Origin: Acidobacteriota bacterium | GTDB lineage: Bacteria; Acidobacteriota; Thermoanaerobaculia; UBA5066; Gp7-AA6 | DNA length: 64,000 nt | Direction: 5' to 3' | NCBI GenBank assembly: GCA_039933215.1 | Contig: JBDTOO010000018.1 | Coordinates: forward strand, 305 to 64,304 | Shown here: piece after piece, positions 41,513 to 52,022 of the stretch | Position numbering within the stretch: the first letter of the stretch is position 1 | Layout: every line of letters starts with the position of its first letter | Translations under genes and position numbers: made by a program | Notes under the pieces: generated by a model | The model's input: the letters and a program-made list of their open reading frames with translations, nothing else | Databases searched by the model: none | Told to the model about the DNA's origin: nothing

Positions 41513-43174
41513 ATGCTGCAGGTTCTCTATGAGACGGACGGCCGCGCGCAGGTCTTCAACCTCGCGAAATCCGAGGCGTCCATCGGGCGGTCGAACGAGA
41601 ACGACATCGTGTTGAACGATTTTTCCGTCTCCCGCCGGCACGCCGTGCTGCGCCGCGAGGGCGACGCCTGGATGATCTACGACAACCAGTCCACGAACGG
41701 CGTAAAGGTCAACGACCGGGCGGTGCCCAAATCGTCGGTGGTCGACGGAGACCGCGCCGCCATCGGCACCTTCGTCCTTCGGTTCCGGGAGGAGACGGAG
41801 AAGGAGGCGGCGGCGCCTCCTCCGTCGTCGCGGCGTGAGTTCGACTCGACGTCGACCTGCATCCGGCCGATTGCCGAATTCAACCGCGATTTCGGACTGG
41901 AGAAGAGCGACGAGGTCATTCCTGAATCGACGGACCACCGCAAGCGCGCCGTCCTCGACGTCGCCTACAAGAACAAGGTGTTCGAGATCCTCGTCCAGGT
42001 GGCGAAGACCCTCATCTCCGCGGATGACGTCGAGACGGTGCTCGACAAGGTCATGGATCTCATCTTCGAGTACCTGCCGGTCGACCGGGGATTTCTCCTC
42101 CTCGAGGAGTCGGGCACCCTGCAGCTGCGCGTCACGCGGATGAAATCGTCGACGAGGCAGACGACCGACGGCTCCGCTCCCTACTCGCGGACGATCGTCG
42201 ACATGGTCCTCAACCAGAAGGTGGCCGTCCTCACGTCCGACGCGCAGGCCGACGAGAGGTTCGACGCGGGGATGTCGATCCGGATGCAGCAGATCCGCTC
42301 GGCGATGTGCGCGCCGCTATGGAATCGCGACTCGGTGATCGGGGTCATCCACGTGGACTCGCCGATCCACGTCGGCACCTTCACGGAGAAAGACCTGGAT
42401 CTCCTGACCGCCCTCGCGAATTTCGCCGCCGTGGCCATCGAGCGAGCGCGTCTCCACGAGCGGGTCGCGGACGAAAAGCGGATCCGAGGCCGTCTGGAGC
42501 GCTACCATTCGCCCCAGGTCGTCGAGGAGATCATCGGCGACGCGACGGCCACGGGCTCGTTCAAGTCGGCGAAGACCAAGACGGTCACGATCCTTTTTGC
42601 CGACCTGGTTGGGTTCACGTCGTGGTCGGAGAAGATGGGCCCTGACCAGCTCTCCTCTCTCCTCACGAAGTTCTTTACCCTCTCCTCGGACGCGGTGTTC
42701 TCGCAGGACGGGACGATCGATAAGTTCATCGGCGACGCGGTGATGGCCTTCTTCGGGGCTCCGATCGACCAGCCGGATCACGCCGCGCGGGCGATCACGG
42801 CGGCGCTCAAGATCCGGCAGGGCGTCGCGGAATGGAACGCCGAGCGAGCCGCGAAGGGGGAGGCGGAGATCCAGGTCCGTATCGCGCTCAACACGGGCGA
42901 GGCGATCGTGGGCGAGATCGGATCGGAGCGCCGAGTCGACTACACGGTTCTCGGCAACGCGGTGAACGTCGCCGCGCGGATGGAGGAGTTCGTCGCCGGG
43001 GCCGGAGAGATCTGCATCGGCCCCGCCACCTATGAAGCGACGCGGAGCCTCTTCCGCGTGGCCCAGATGGGTCACTTCTCCCTGAAGGGTCTCTCGACTC
43101 AGGTGCCTATGTACAAGGTGATCGACGTCGTGGCGCCGGAAGAGACCTACGGAGGAGCCGTCGGCGGCGCCTGA
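41513..43174 (+). CDS. FHA-GAF-class III adenylate/guanylate cyclase
   Basis: FHA (SIGRSNENDIVLNDFSVSRRHAVLRREGDAWMIYDNQSTNGVKVN), a GAF region, and a cyclase domain (VTILFADLVGFTSWSE...FIGDAVMAFFGAP...IALNTGEAIVGEIGS..DYTVLGNAVNVAARME). Confidence 0.9.
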   Translation: MLQVLYETDGRAQVFNLAKSEASIGRSNENDIVLNDFSVSRRHAVLRREGDAWMIYDNQSTNGVKVNDRAVPKSSVVDGDRAAIGTFVLRFREETEKEAAAPPPSSRREFDSTSTCIRPIAEFNRDFGLEKSDEVIPESTDHRKRAVLDVAYKNKVFEILVQVAKTLISADDVETVLDKVMDLIFEYLPVDRGFLLLEESGTLQLRVTRMKSSTRQTTDGSAPYSRTIVDMVLNQKVAVLTSDAQADERFDAGMSIRMQQIRSAMCAPLWNRDSVIGVIHVDSPIHVGTFTEKDLDLLTALANFAAVAIERARLHERVADEKRIRGRLERYHSPQVVEEIIGDATATGSFKSAKTKTVTILFADLVGFTSWSEKMGPDQLSSLLTKFFTLSSDAVFSQDGTIDKFIGDAVMAFFGAPIDQPDHAARAITAALKIRQGVAEWNAERAAKGEAEIQVRIALNTGEAIVGEIGSERRVDYTVLGNAVNVAARMEEFVAGAGEICIGPATYEATRSLFRVAQMGHFSLKGLSTQVPMYKVIDVVAPEETYGGAVGGA

Positions 43175-43186
43175 GGCGCCCTGAAG

Positions 43187-44533
43187 CTACTGCCCCGTGG
43201 TCCGGCTCGCGCCGGACCCTTCCGCCGGAGGGACCGAACCCGTCGGCTCGAAGCTCGACCTCGCCGGCGGCGCCCCGGGGCGCGGCGTGAAAACGAGCGT
43301 CGGCTCCGCGGCGGGCGTCGGGGTGGGCGTCGCGTCTTCCACGATACGCGGCGCGACGACCAGCTCGTCCGGCACTGCCGTTTCGCGGCGGACCGGAGTC
43401 GCCGCCGCGGGGGCCGGCGCCGCGTCGCTCGTCCGCCTCGCCGCCACGGGCCGGTGGAGCACGTACCAGAGCCCCGCTCCGGCCGCGACGAGTCCGATGA
43501 GCCCGCCGAGCAGCCACGGCCAGCCCGAGGCGCCGGCGTCCGCCGGCAACCGCTCCGCCGGGTCCTCGCCCGCGGCCGTCGGCCCCGGAGCGAGCCGCTT
43601 CAGGGCGCTCGCGAACTCACGGGCGTCGCGGAATCGCCGTTCGCGGCGCTTCTCGAGCGCCCTCGTGACGATCGCGGAGAGCGAGGGGCCGAGCTCCGGG
43701 GGAAGCCTCGACATGTCGAGAGGCGGCGCCGGCGCGTGGAGATGCTTTCCCAGGAATTCTTCCGGCGTCTCCGCTTCGAAGGGCGCCTTCCCCGTGAGCA
43801 TCTCGTAGAGGACGACGCCGAACGAGTAGAGGTCGCTGCGGCCGTCGACCGCCTCTCCGGCGGGCAGCGAGCCTGCCTGCTCCGGCGAGCAGTACTTGAG
43901 CTTGCCGACGAACATGCCCGACCCGGTCATGCGAAGAGCTTCGGACGCGACCCGCTTGGCGATGCCGAGGTCGATGATCTTCGCGGACAATGCTCCGCCG
44001 CGCGTCTGCCGCAGCATGATGTTGTCAGGCGCGAGGTCGCGGTGGACGATGCCCTGCAGGTGGATCTCCTCGAGCCCCGCGAGAACCTGCTGCGCGACCT
44101 CGAGAGCCTGCGCCGCCGGCAGCGGACCGCGCGTCCGCAGCCATTCTTCGAGCGTGACGCCGTCGATGAACTCCCAGACCATGTAGAACGACCCGTCCGG
44201 AAGCCGGGAGAAGTCGTAGAGCGCGGCGACATTCGGGTGGCGGATCGAAGCCGCGATCCGCGCCTCCTCCTGGAACCGGCGGGGCTCCACACCCTCCCCG
44301 AGGGCGTCCGGCTTCATGACCTTGATGATCCGGATCTCGTCGAGATGGAGGTGGCGGGCCTTGTACACCTCGCCCATGCCGCCCTCGCCGGTCTTTTCCA
44401 GGATCTCGTACTTGCCGTCGAGCGTCTGGCCAGGCTGGAGGCGCCGCGCCGAAGCGCCACACGATGGACAGAATCGCGCTTCCGCGGGCACAGAGCTGCC
44501 GCAGCGGGGACAGACGAGGGGATTCGACGACAT
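43187..44533 (-). CDS. Ser/Thr protein kinase with an N-terminal zinc ribbon and a C-terminal TM segment
   Basis: CPRCGSSV...FCPSCG, GEGGMGEVYKARH, HRDLAPDNIM, DLGIAK, and the TM segment WPWLLGGLIGLVAAGAGLWYV. Confidence 0.9.
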   Translation of the reverse strand: MSSNPLVCPRCGSSVPAEARFCPSCGASARRLQPGQTLDGKYEILEKTGEGGMGEVYKARHLHLDEIRIIKVMKPDALGEGVEPRRFQEEARIAASIRHPNVAALYDFSRLPDGSFYMVWEFIDGVTLEEWLRTRGPLPAAQALEVAQQVLAGLEEIHLQGIVHRDLAPDNIMLRQTRGGALSAKIIDLGIAKRVASEALRMTGSGMFVGKLKYCSPEQAGSLPAGEAVDGRSDLYSFGVVLYEMLTGKAPFEAETPEEFLGKHLHAPAPPLDMSRLPPELGPSLSAIVTRALEKRRERRFRDAREFASALKRLAPGPTAAGEDPAERLPADAGASGWPWLLGGLIGLVAAGAGLWYVLHRPVAARRTSDAAPAPAAATPVRRETAVPDELVVAPRIVEDATPTPTPAAEPTLVFTPRPGAPPARSSFEPTGSVPPAEGSGASRTTGQ

Positions 44534-44609
44534 GTTCCACGATTTTAGCCGACGTCCGCTCGCCGTCCCGCCGCGTCCCCTCTCGATCGTTCGCCCCTAC
44601 AATCGCCCG

Positions 44610-45164
44610 ATGCGGCCTCCCCTCGTCCTGGTCAGCTCGCGCCCCGAGAAGGCCGACGAGGCGCTCCGGTTCGGGTTCGCCGTGGAGCGCGCCTCGATCG
44701 ATCTGCCGGAGATCCAGGCCATCGACCCCGGCGACATCGTCGAGGCCAAGGCGCGCGGCGCCTTCGCGCGTCTCCGGCGCCCCGTCGTCGTCGAAGATTC
44801 GGGCCTCCTGATCGCCGCCTGGGGCGGCTTCCCCGGCGCTCTCGTTCGATGGCTCGAGAAGGGGGCGGGGGTCCCGGCGATCCCGCGGATGCTCACGTCC
44901 TGGGAGGACCGGTCGGCGACGGCGGTCTGCGTCGTCGCGTTCTTCGACGGCGACCGGCTCGTCTCGGGACGCGGAGAGTGCGAGGGATCGATCGCTCCGT
45001 TTCCCCGGGGGACATCGGGGTTCGGCTGGGACTCGATCTTCATCCCCGCGGGCGAGGATCGGACCTTCGCGGAGCTCGGCCCCGCCGGCAAAGACGCCGT
45101 GTCCCACCGTCGGCGGGCGTGGGAGGCTCTTTCGGCAAATCTTCCGCAGGAGCTCGCGCGATGA
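44610..45164 (+). CDS. rdgB: Non-canonical purine NTP pyrophosphatase (Ham1/RdgB family)
   Basis: ...IDLPEIQ...VVVEDSGL...GFPGAL......GECEGSI...PRGTSGFGWDSIFIP.G.DRTFAEL....K...SHRRRA. Confidence 0.8.
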   Translation: MRPPLVLVSSRPEKADEALRFGFAVERASIDLPEIQAIDPGDIVEAKARGAFARLRRPVVVEDSGLLIAAWGGFPGALVRWLEKGAGVPAIPRMLTSWEDRSATAVCVVAFFDGDRLVSGRGECEGSIAPFPRGTSGFGWDSIFIPAGEDRTFAELGPAGKDAVSHRRRAWEALSANLPQELAR

Positions 45165-46303
45165 AGAAGTTTTCGCTCGTCGTCGGCGCGGCTCTCGTGG
45201 CGATCGCCGGCCGGGGCCTCGAGGAGAGCCCGGGGTCCGCTGCGGTCCGCGAGTTCCGGACGAGAGACGGGGTGCGTCTTCGCGTCGAAGCGGTGGTCAC
45301 GGGCCTCGAGGTGCCCTGGTCGATCGCCTTCACGTCTCCGGACCGGATGCTCGTGACCGAGCGGCCCGGCCGCGTTCGGATCGTGCGGAACGGGAAGCTG
45401 GAGAACGAGCCGCTCGCCACCATCGCGGAAGTCGAAGCGTCGGGGGAGACGGGGCTGATGGGAATGACGCTCGACCCCGATTACGCGACCTCGCGGCTGC
45501 TCTATCTCGCTTACGCCTACGCCGGCGCCGGCGGCAAGAAGGTGCGGGTGGCCCAGTACCGGGACGAGGGGACGCGGCTCGTGCCGACCCGGACGATCGT
45601 CGAGGGACTTCCGGCGGCGCGCAACCACGCCGGGTGCCGCCTCCGATTCGGCCCCGATCGGCTCCTCTACGTGACGACGGGCGATGCGACCGAGCGGGCC
45701 CTCGCCCAGCGGATGGACTCGCTCGCCGGCAAGACCCTGCGCTACGCGGCCGACGGCTCGATCCCCGCGAGCAACCCGTTTCCGGGGTCTGCGATCTATT
45801 CGCTCGGCCACCGCAATTCCCAGGGGCTCGACTGGCAGCCGGGGACGAACGCGCAGTACCAGACCGAGCACGGTCCGTCCGGGTTCGACGGCCCGGGTGG
45901 CGGGGACGAGGTGAATCTCGTCGAGCCGGGACGCAACTACGGCTGGCCGCTGATCCACCATCGCCAGACGCGCGAGGGATACGTCTCCCCGCTTCTCGAG
46001 TTCACGCCCGCGATCGCCCCGTCCGGGGCAACGTTCGTCCGGGGCGGCGCGCTCGCGCGCCTGACCGGCGATTTCGTGTTCGCGGCGCTCATCGGCGAGA
46101 AGCTGGTCCGCGTGCGATTCGAAGAAGGGGCGCCCGGACGAGTCCGGGGCGTCGAGGACCTCCTCGCGGACGAGTACGGGAGGTTTCGCGAAGTCATGGC
46201 CGGACCGGACGGGGCTCTCTACGTGTCGACGAGCAACCGGGACGGACGGGGACATGTCCGCTCCGGGGACGACCGGATCCTCAGGATCTCCGAACAAAAG
46301 TAG
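45161..46303 (+). CDS. PQQ-dependent sugar (glucose/sorbosone) dehydrogenase-like beta-propeller
   Basis: ATG overlaps the preceding stop (ATGA). Signal-like MKKFSLVVGAALVAIAG. Also VPWSIAFTSPDRMLVTERPGRVRIV, GLMGMTLDPDY, HAGCRLRFGPDRLLYVTTGD, GHRNSQGLDW and NYGWP. Confidence 0.85.
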   Translation: MKKFSLVVGAALVAIAGRGLEESPGSAAVREFRTRDGVRLRVEAVVTGLEVPWSIAFTSPDRMLVTERPGRVRIVRNGKLENEPLATIAEVEASGETGLMGMTLDPDYATSRLLYLAYAYAGAGGKKVRVAQYRDEGTRLVPTRTIVEGLPAARNHAGCRLRFGPDRLLYVTTGDATERALAQRMDSLAGKTLRYAADGSIPASNPFPGSAIYSLGHRNSQGLDWQPGTNAQYQTEHGPSGFDGPGGGDEVNLVEPGRNYGWPLIHHRQTREGYVSPLLEFTPAIAPSGATFVRGGALARLTGDFVFAALIGEKLVRVRFEEGAPGRVRGVEDLLADEYGRFREVMAGPDGALYVSTSNRDGRGHVRSGDDRILRISEQK

Positions 46304-46393
46304 GTCAACGGCACTTCTGACCTAAAAAACTATGGCCTGCCCGGAGCCGGCCGGCGGAGGGCTCATTTCGCGGTTCCGGTATCTTCTTCGCCG

Positions 46394-47110
46394 ATGGAGC
46401 TCGCGGAGGTCGTCGGCAGCCTCGCCGGTCTGCGGCGCTTCCCGATCGAGCCGCTGGGCGGAGAGGCCGCCAACGTGGCTCCGGTCTCGGGCTCGGGACT
46501 CCTGGGCGACCGCGCGTACGTCCTCTGCGACGAGGCGACGGGGGAGCCGGTCCTGACCGGCTCCGCGCCGCTCATCCTTTTCTACGGGGCGCGATTCTTA
46601 GACGACATGGTCGAGCGGGACCTGGACACCTGGACCCGTGTGCGGGACCCGTCGGGGGCGGAAATGCCGATCGGCGATCCCCGCTGGCTCGAAGACCTGG
46701 GGCGTCTCCTGGGTCGCCCGCTCTCTCTTCGCCCGCGCGCCGTCGACGCCGCCGCCGGCCCGCTCCGCCTCATCACGCGGGCGACGCTTCGGCTCGCCGA
46801 GCGGTCCTACGGCGCGCCGCTCGAACCGCTGCGCGTCCGGGCGAACCTGTTGGTCGAGGTGCCGGACGGAAAAGCCTTCGAGGAGGACAAGTGGGTCGGA
46901 CGCCGCATCGGCATCGGCGATACCGTGCTGGAGATCACGGGACCGGCGGCCGACTGTTTCGTCTCTGATTTCGAGTCCGAGATCCCGCGTGGCGACGCGG
47001 CGATGTTGCGAGGTCTGGTCGGCGTGCGCCGGGGCCATCTGGGCGTGGCCGCGCGCGCCATCGCCGGCCACAGAATCCGCGTCGGCGATCCGGTCGCTCT
47101 GCACGATTGA
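46394..47110 (+). CDS. MOSC-domain protein
   Basis: [13 protein letters not shown]......G..GDRAY.L.D, then ...RANLLVE....FEED.W.GRRI.IGD.VLEI..P...C. Confidence 0.8.
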   Translation: MELAEVVGSLAGLRRFPIEPLGGEAANVAPVSGSGLLGDRAYVLCDEATGEPVLTGSAPLILFYGARFLDDMVERDLDTWTRVRDPSGAEMPIGDPRWLEDLGRLLGRPLSLRPRAVDAAAGPLRLITRATLRLAERSYGAPLEPLRVRANLLVEVPDGKAFEEDKWVGRRIGIGDTVLEITGPAADCFVSDFESEIPRGDAAMLRGLVGVRRGHLGVAARAIAGHRIRVGDPVALHD

Positions 47111-47123
47111 TACACTGACCGGC

Positions 47124-47531
47124 ATGCCCGAACGGCCCATCCGAGTCCTGATCGCGAAGCCCGGGCTCGACGGCCACGACCGCGGCGCCAAAGTCATCGC
47201 CCGGGCGCTGCGGGACGCGGGCATGGAAGTCATCTATTCGGGCCTCCGGCAGACGCCTCCTCAGATCGTGGCCGCGGCGATCCAGGAAGACGTCGACGTC
47301 GTGGGTCTTTCGATCCTGTCGGGCGCGCACAACGTGCTCTTTCCGGAGATCCTGCAGCTTCTCAAGCAGCAGGGGGGGGAGGACATTCTGGTGCTGGCCG
47401 GCGGCATCATCCCGGACAAGGACATCGCCCCGCTGAAGGCCCTGGGGATCCGGGAGATCTTCCTGCCGGGGACGCCGACGCAGACACTCGTCGATTTCAT
47501 CCGCAGGGAAGCGGGAACCCGCGTCCGGTAG
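47124..47531 (+). CDS. Cobalamin (B12)-binding domain protein (methylmalonyl-CoA mutase C-terminal-domain type)
   Basis: [60 protein letters not shown], with the DxHxxG B12 motif. Confidence 0.88.
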   Translation: MPERPIRVLIAKPGLDGHDRGAKVIARALRDAGMEVIYSGLRQTPPQIVAAAIQEDVDVVGLSILSGAHNVLFPEILQLLKQQGGEDILVLAGGIIPDKDIAPLKALGIREIFLPGTPTQTLVDFIRREAGTRVR

Positions 47532-47597
47532 CGGGCCGATTTTCGAAGAACACGTGACGAGGCGCGCCGGACGTTCGTTTCACCGTCCGTCGAATCC

Positions 47598-49211
47598 ATG
47601 ACCGCACTGCCTCTTCTCGAGAGCCGCCTCGAAGCGTCGGACGAAGAGTTCCGGCAACGGGCTCAGGCCATGGAGAGCCTGGTCGCGACCCTGCGGGAGG
47701 AGCTCGCCCGCGCCCGGGCCGGGGGATCCGGCCGGGATCGCCACCGGGAGCACGGAAAGATGTTCGTGCGCGATCGGATCGACGCGCTGCTCGACCCCGG
47801 TTCCCCGTTCCTCGAAGTCGGCGCGCTCGCCGCGTACGGAATGTACGACGGGGAGGCTCCCGCCGCCGGGCTGGTGACCGGGGTGGGTCGCATCTCGGGG
47901 CGCGAGGCCATGATCATCGCCAACGACGCCACCGTCAAAGGCGGCACCTACTTCCCGATCACCGTGAAGAAACACCTGCGGGCCCAGGAGATCGCCGAAG
48001 AAAACCGTCTGCCATGCGTGTACCTCGTCGATTCCGGCGGCGCGTACCTCCCGCTTCAGGCGGAGGTTTTTCCGGACCGCGAGCACTTCGGCCGGATCTT
48101 CTACAACCAGGCCAGGATGTCGGCGAAGCGGATCCCCCAGGTTGCGGTGGTGATGGGCTCGTGCACCGCGGGGGGAGCCTACGTGCCCGCGATGTCCGAC
48201 GAGGCGATCATCGTCCAGGGCACCGGCACGATCTTCCTCGCGGGGCCACCGCTCGTCAAGGCGGCGACGGGAGAGGAAGTCACCGCGGAAGAGCTGGGAG
48301 GCGCCGACGTGCATACCCGCGTCTCGGGCGTGGCGGACTACTTCGCGGACGACGACGCGCACGCGATCGAGATCGCGCGGAGCATCCTCGCGAATCTGAA
48401 CACGGCGAAGACGCTCCCGCCCGACCGGACGGACCCCGAGGAGCCCGCCTACGACCCGAAGGAGATCTACGGAGTCGTGCCGTCCGACGTCCGGCAGCCG
48501 TACGACGTTCGCGAGGTCATCGCCCGGCTCGTGGACGGCTCGCGCTTCCAGGAGTTCAAGGCCCGCTACGGCCAGACGCTCGTCTGCGGATTCGCGCGCC
48601 TGTCCGGGTTTCTGGTGGGCATCGTCGCGAACAACGGCATCCTGTTCTCCGAGTCCGCGCTCAAGGCGACGCACTTCATCGAGGTCTGCGCGCGGCGGAA
48701 AGTGCCCCTGCTGTTTCTCCAGAACATCACGGGCTTCATGGTCGGACGCGAGTACGAGCGCGGCGGCATCGCCAAGGACGGCGCGAAGATGGTGCACGCC
48801 GTCGCGAACGCGGCGGTTCCCAAGCTGACGGTCGTGATCGGGGGATCGTTCGGCGCGGGCAACTACGGCATGTGCGGGCGAGCGTACGGGCCCCGGTTTC
48901 TGTGGATGTGGCCGAATTCGCGCATCTCGGTGATGGGGGGAGCCCAGGCGGCGTCCGTTCTCTCGACCGTCAAGCAGGATCAGCTCGCCCGCGCCGGGAA
49001 GGCGGCCATGACGCCGGAAGAGGTCGAGGAGTTCGAGCGACCCACGCGCGAGAAATACGAACAGGAAGGCAATCCGTACTACTCGACGGCGAGGCTCTGG
49101 GACGACGGCATCCTGGACCCGGCCGAGACCCGGATGGCGCTCTCACTTGCTCTGTCGGCCGTCTACAACGCGCCGGTGCCCGAGACGGAGTTCGGCGTCT
49201 TCCGCATGTAG
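47598..49211 (+). CDS. Methylcrotonyl-CoA carboxylase beta subunit (carboxyltransferase)
   Basis: Full-length carboxyltransferase: ...[20 protein letters not shown]..., [28 protein letters not shown] and [19 protein letters not shown]. It sits in a liu-type context. Confidence 0.9.
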   Translation: MTALPLLESRLEASDEEFRQRAQAMESLVATLREELARARAGGSGRDRHREHGKMFVRDRIDALLDPGSPFLEVGALAAYGMYDGEAPAAGLVTGVGRISGREAMIIANDATVKGGTYFPITVKKHLRAQEIAEENRLPCVYLVDSGGAYLPLQAEVFPDREHFGRIFYNQARMSAKRIPQVAVVMGSCTAGGAYVPAMSDEAIIVQGTGTIFLAGPPLVKAATGEEVTAEELGGADVHTRVSGVADYFADDDAHAIEIARSILANLNTAKTLPPDRTDPEEPAYDPKEIYGVVPSDVRQPYDVREVIARLVDGSRFQEFKARYGQTLVCGFARLSGFLVGIVANNGILFSESALKATHFIEVCARRKVPLLFLQNITGFMVGREYERGGIAKDGAKMVHAVANAAVPKLTVVIGGSFGAGNYGMCGRAYGPRFLWMWPNSRISVMGGAQAASVLSTVKQDQLARAGKAAMTPEEVEEFERPTREKYEQEGNPYYSTARLWDDGILDPAETRMALSLALSAVYNAPVPETEFGVFRM

Positions 49212-49263
49212 CGGGGGATCCAGTCCCCGCCGCGGATCTCCGCGCGTTCGATACCATCGCGGC

Positions 49264-50046
49264 ATGACGACATCGCTGACCCGGCTGCGCCGCATCCAGG
49301 ACGGGGACGTCGCGCGGGTGATCCTGGCGCGTCCCGAGGTTCGCAACGCGTTCGACGACGAGCTGATCGGGGAGCTCACGCGGGTCTTCCTCGACTTCGC
49401 GGGGGACGAGGCGACGCGGGTGGTGGTGTTGTCCGGAGAGGGGCAGTCGTTTTGCGCGGGCGCCGACGTCGCCTGGATGCGAAAGGCCGGCGGCTACACT
49501 CCGGAGCAGAACGAGGAGGACGCCGGCCGGATGGCGGGGATGCTGCGCGCGATCGACGCGTGCCCGCTGCCGGTCATCGCCGTCGCGCATGGCGCAGCGA
49601 TCGGCGGAGGCGTCGGACTCGTCGCCGCGGCGGATATCGCCATCGCGGCGGAAGGAACCCTCTTTTCTCTCGCCGAGGTCCGGCTCGGCATCCTTCCGTC
49701 GGTGATCTCCCCGTACGTGCTCCGGGCGATCGGCGCGCGCAACGCGCGCGATTATTTTCTGACCGGGGACCGGTTCGACGCGCGGGAGGCCCATCGGATC
49801 GGACTGGTGCACGGGGTCGTTCCGCCCGCGGAGCTCGACGAAGCGGTCGGGCGCAAGATCGCTTCGCTGCGGTCTTCCGCACCCAGGGCGATCGGCGTCG
49901 CGAAGCGTCTGATTGAGCAGGTGTCCGGGATGAGCGTCGAAGAGGCGATCCCCCTGACCGTCCGAACGATCGCCGAGCGCCGCGCGTCCGCCGAGGCGCG
50001 CGAAGGTCTGACGGCTTTTCTGGAAAAACGAAAACCCAATTGGTGA
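49264..50046 (+). CDS. Enoyl-CoA hydratase (methylglutaconyl-CoA hydratase-like)
   Basis: ARPEVRNAFDDELI..., VVVLSGEGQSFCAGADV and AHGAAIGGGVGLVAAADI (crotonase fold). Confidence 0.88.
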   Translation: MTTSLTRLRRIQDGDVARVILARPEVRNAFDDELIGELTRVFLDFAGDEATRVVVLSGEGQSFCAGADVAWMRKAGGYTPEQNEEDAGRMAGMLRAIDACPLPVIAVAHGAAIGGGVGLVAAADIAIAAEGTLFSLAEVRLGILPSVISPYVLRAIGARNARDYFLTGDRFDAREAHRIGLVHGVVPPAELDEAVGRKIASLRSSAPRAIGVAKRLIEQVSGMSVEEAIPLTVRTIAERRASAEAREGLTAFLEKRKPNW

Positions 50047-50232
50047 CGTCAAGGCCGCTGATACTGCGACGACGAAGAGGCTAGCAGGCGACTCGCCTGC
50101 TCGGCGCGAGTAAGCTGCGCGATCCCTTGTACGACGAGCTCCTCCATCCGCTCGCAGCGGGAGGAGTCTCCCGAGTGTCGCGAAGGGAGGAGCCTCCCGC
50201 TGCGGGAGCCGGCGCGTCCGCGCCGGCGACGA

Positions 50233-50442
50233 TCATGTGACGGGGGTCGGGTCGGCGGGGGGCAGGGGAGGAGGAGGCGGCGGGACGCGTTGGGCGGCCT
50301 CGTCTTCCATCTCCTTCTTGCAGAAGTAGCACTTGAATTTCTGGCCGGGGGCCGTGTCCGGGCGCCAGGCGAAGAAGACTCGCCCGCAGTGGGGACAGAC
50401 GAAACGCCGTTGCGATCCCTGCATTCCGCCTTCGACCGACAC
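50233..50442 (-). CDS. Small zinc-ribbon protein with a Pro-rich tail
   Basis: ...RFVCPHCGRVFFAWRPDTAPGQKFKCYFCKKEMEDE.... It is an isolated antisense-oriented small ORF inside the liu cluster, followed by several GC hairpins (50083..50230). Confidence 0.45.
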   Translation of the reverse strand: MSVEGGMQGSQRRFVCPHCGRVFFAWRPDTAPGQKFKCYFCKKEMEDEAAQRVPPPPPPLPPADPTPVT

Positions 50443-50528
50443 GCGCGCCTCCTCGGCCGTTCGGCGGTTCGGGCCGCCGGGCCGCGATCAGAATAGCGCA
50501 GGAACTAGAATCGCCGCCCGGAGGAAAG

Positions 50529-52022
50529 TTGGCGGCAATTCCGAAGAGACTCCTGATCGCCAATCGCGGCGAGATCGCGGTCCGCGTCGCCCGCACCGCG
50601 CGGGAGATGGGGATCGAGCCCGTCGGCGTGCACGCGGCGGACGACGCCGACGCCTTTCATCTCTCGAGGATGGCGCGGTCCGTCGATCTCGGCGCCGGCG
50701 GCATCGCCGAAACGTATCTCTCGATCCCGCGTCTCCTCGAGGCGGCGGCCGTCATGGGCGCGGACGCGGTCCATCCCGGATACGGTTTTCTTTCGGAGAA
50801 CGCCGATTTCGCGCGAGCGATCAACGGCGCGGGACTGCTCTGGATCGGGCCGTCTCCGGAAGCGATCGACAGCATGGGCGACAAGCTCGAGGCGCGGCGG
50901 CGGATGCGGGAGGCGGGAGTGCCCGTCGTTCCCGGATCCGACGCCGGCAACGGGACGGATCTGCTCGAACGGGGGCGGGACCTCGGGTTTCCGCTCCTCG
51001 TCAAAGCCTCCGCCGGCGGCGGAGGTAAGGGGATGGCGCGCGTCGACCGCCTCGAGGACCTGGCCGGGGCGATCGAGCAAACGGAGCGCGTCGCCGCCGC
51101 CGCGTTCGGCGACGGAAACGTCTACCTCGAACGGATGTTCGACCGGGCACGACACGTCGAGTTTCAGATCTTCGGAGACCGAAGCGGCAGCGTGGTGCAC
51201 CTCTTCGAGCGGGAGTGCAGCGTGCAGCGGCGGCATCAGAAGGTCCTCGAAGAGTCGCCGAGCGCCGCCCTCGATCCGCGTCTCCGGGAGGCGATGGGGC
51301 GCGCGGCGGTCGAGGCGGCGCGCGCCGTCGGATACGTGGGCGCCGGGACAGTCGAGTTCCTTCTGGACGAGCGCCGCAACTTCTATTTTCTCGAGATGAA
51401 CACGCGGCTGCAGGTCGAGCACCCGATCACGGAGGAAGTCCTCGGCCTCGACCTCGTCCGTTCCCAGATCGAGATCGCCGCGGGCGCTCCGCTGCCCGCC
51501 GACTGGCGGGGCGGCAAGCTCGTCCCGCAAGGGCATGCGATCGAGCTCCGCCTGTATGCCGAAGACCCGGTCGAATTCCTTCCGCGTTCGGGCCGTATCC
51601 GCGTCTGGGAAGAGCCCGCCGGACCCGGCGTTCGCGTCGACGCGGGCGTCGGCGAGGGAACGCGGGTCGGTGTCGAATACGACCCCCTTCTCGCGAAGCT
51701 CGTCGTGTCCGGTCCCGACCGCGGTGCGGCCATCGACCGCGCCCGGCGAGCGCTCTCCGAGTGGGTCGTCCTCGGCGTCGAGACGAACGCTCCGCTCCTG
51801 GCGCGTGTCCTCGACTCCGAGGAATTTCGCTCTGGTCGATACACGACGGATCTGATCGCGCGGCTGCCGGAAGCGGAGGATCCCGGTGTGCCCGACGCCG
51901 CCTGGATCGCCGCGTCCTCCGCTCTCGCGTCGGTGGCGCCCTCCGGTCGCAGGCTCGAGCGGGCTCCGGCGGGCGCGCCCGACCCCTGGGACGCGGCGTC
52001 CGGCTGGAGGGCGGGCGCTTGA
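50529..52022 (+). CDS. Methylcrotonyl-CoA carboxylase alpha subunit, biotin carboxylase part
   Basis: KRLLIANRGEIAVRVARTAREMGI..., ATP-grasp region, ...EMNTRLQVEHPITE.... It ends at TGA 52020..52022, where family homology continues in the -1 frame. Confidence 0.9.
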   Translation: MAAIPKRLLIANRGEIAVRVARTAREMGIEPVGVHAADDADAFHLSRMARSVDLGAGGIAETYLSIPRLLEAAAVMGADAVHPGYGFLSENADFARAINGAGLLWIGPSPEAIDSMGDKLEARRRMREAGVPVVPGSDAGNGTDLLERGRDLGFPLLVKASAGGGGKGMARVDRLEDLAGAIEQTERVAAAAFGDGNVYLERMFDRARHVEFQIFGDRSGSVVHLFERECSVQRRHQKVLEESPSAALDPRLREAMGRAAVEAARAVGYVGAGTVEFLLDERRNFYFLEMNTRLQVEHPITEEVLGLDLVRSQIEIAAGAPLPADWRGGKLVPQGHAIELRLYAEDPVEFLPRSGRIRVWEEPAGPGVRVDAGVGEGTRVGVEYDPLLAKLVVSGPDRGAAIDRARRALSEWVVLGVETNAPLLARVLDSEEFRSGRYTTDLIARLPEAEDPGVPDAAWIAASSALASVAPSGRRLERAPAGAPDPWDAASGWRAGA

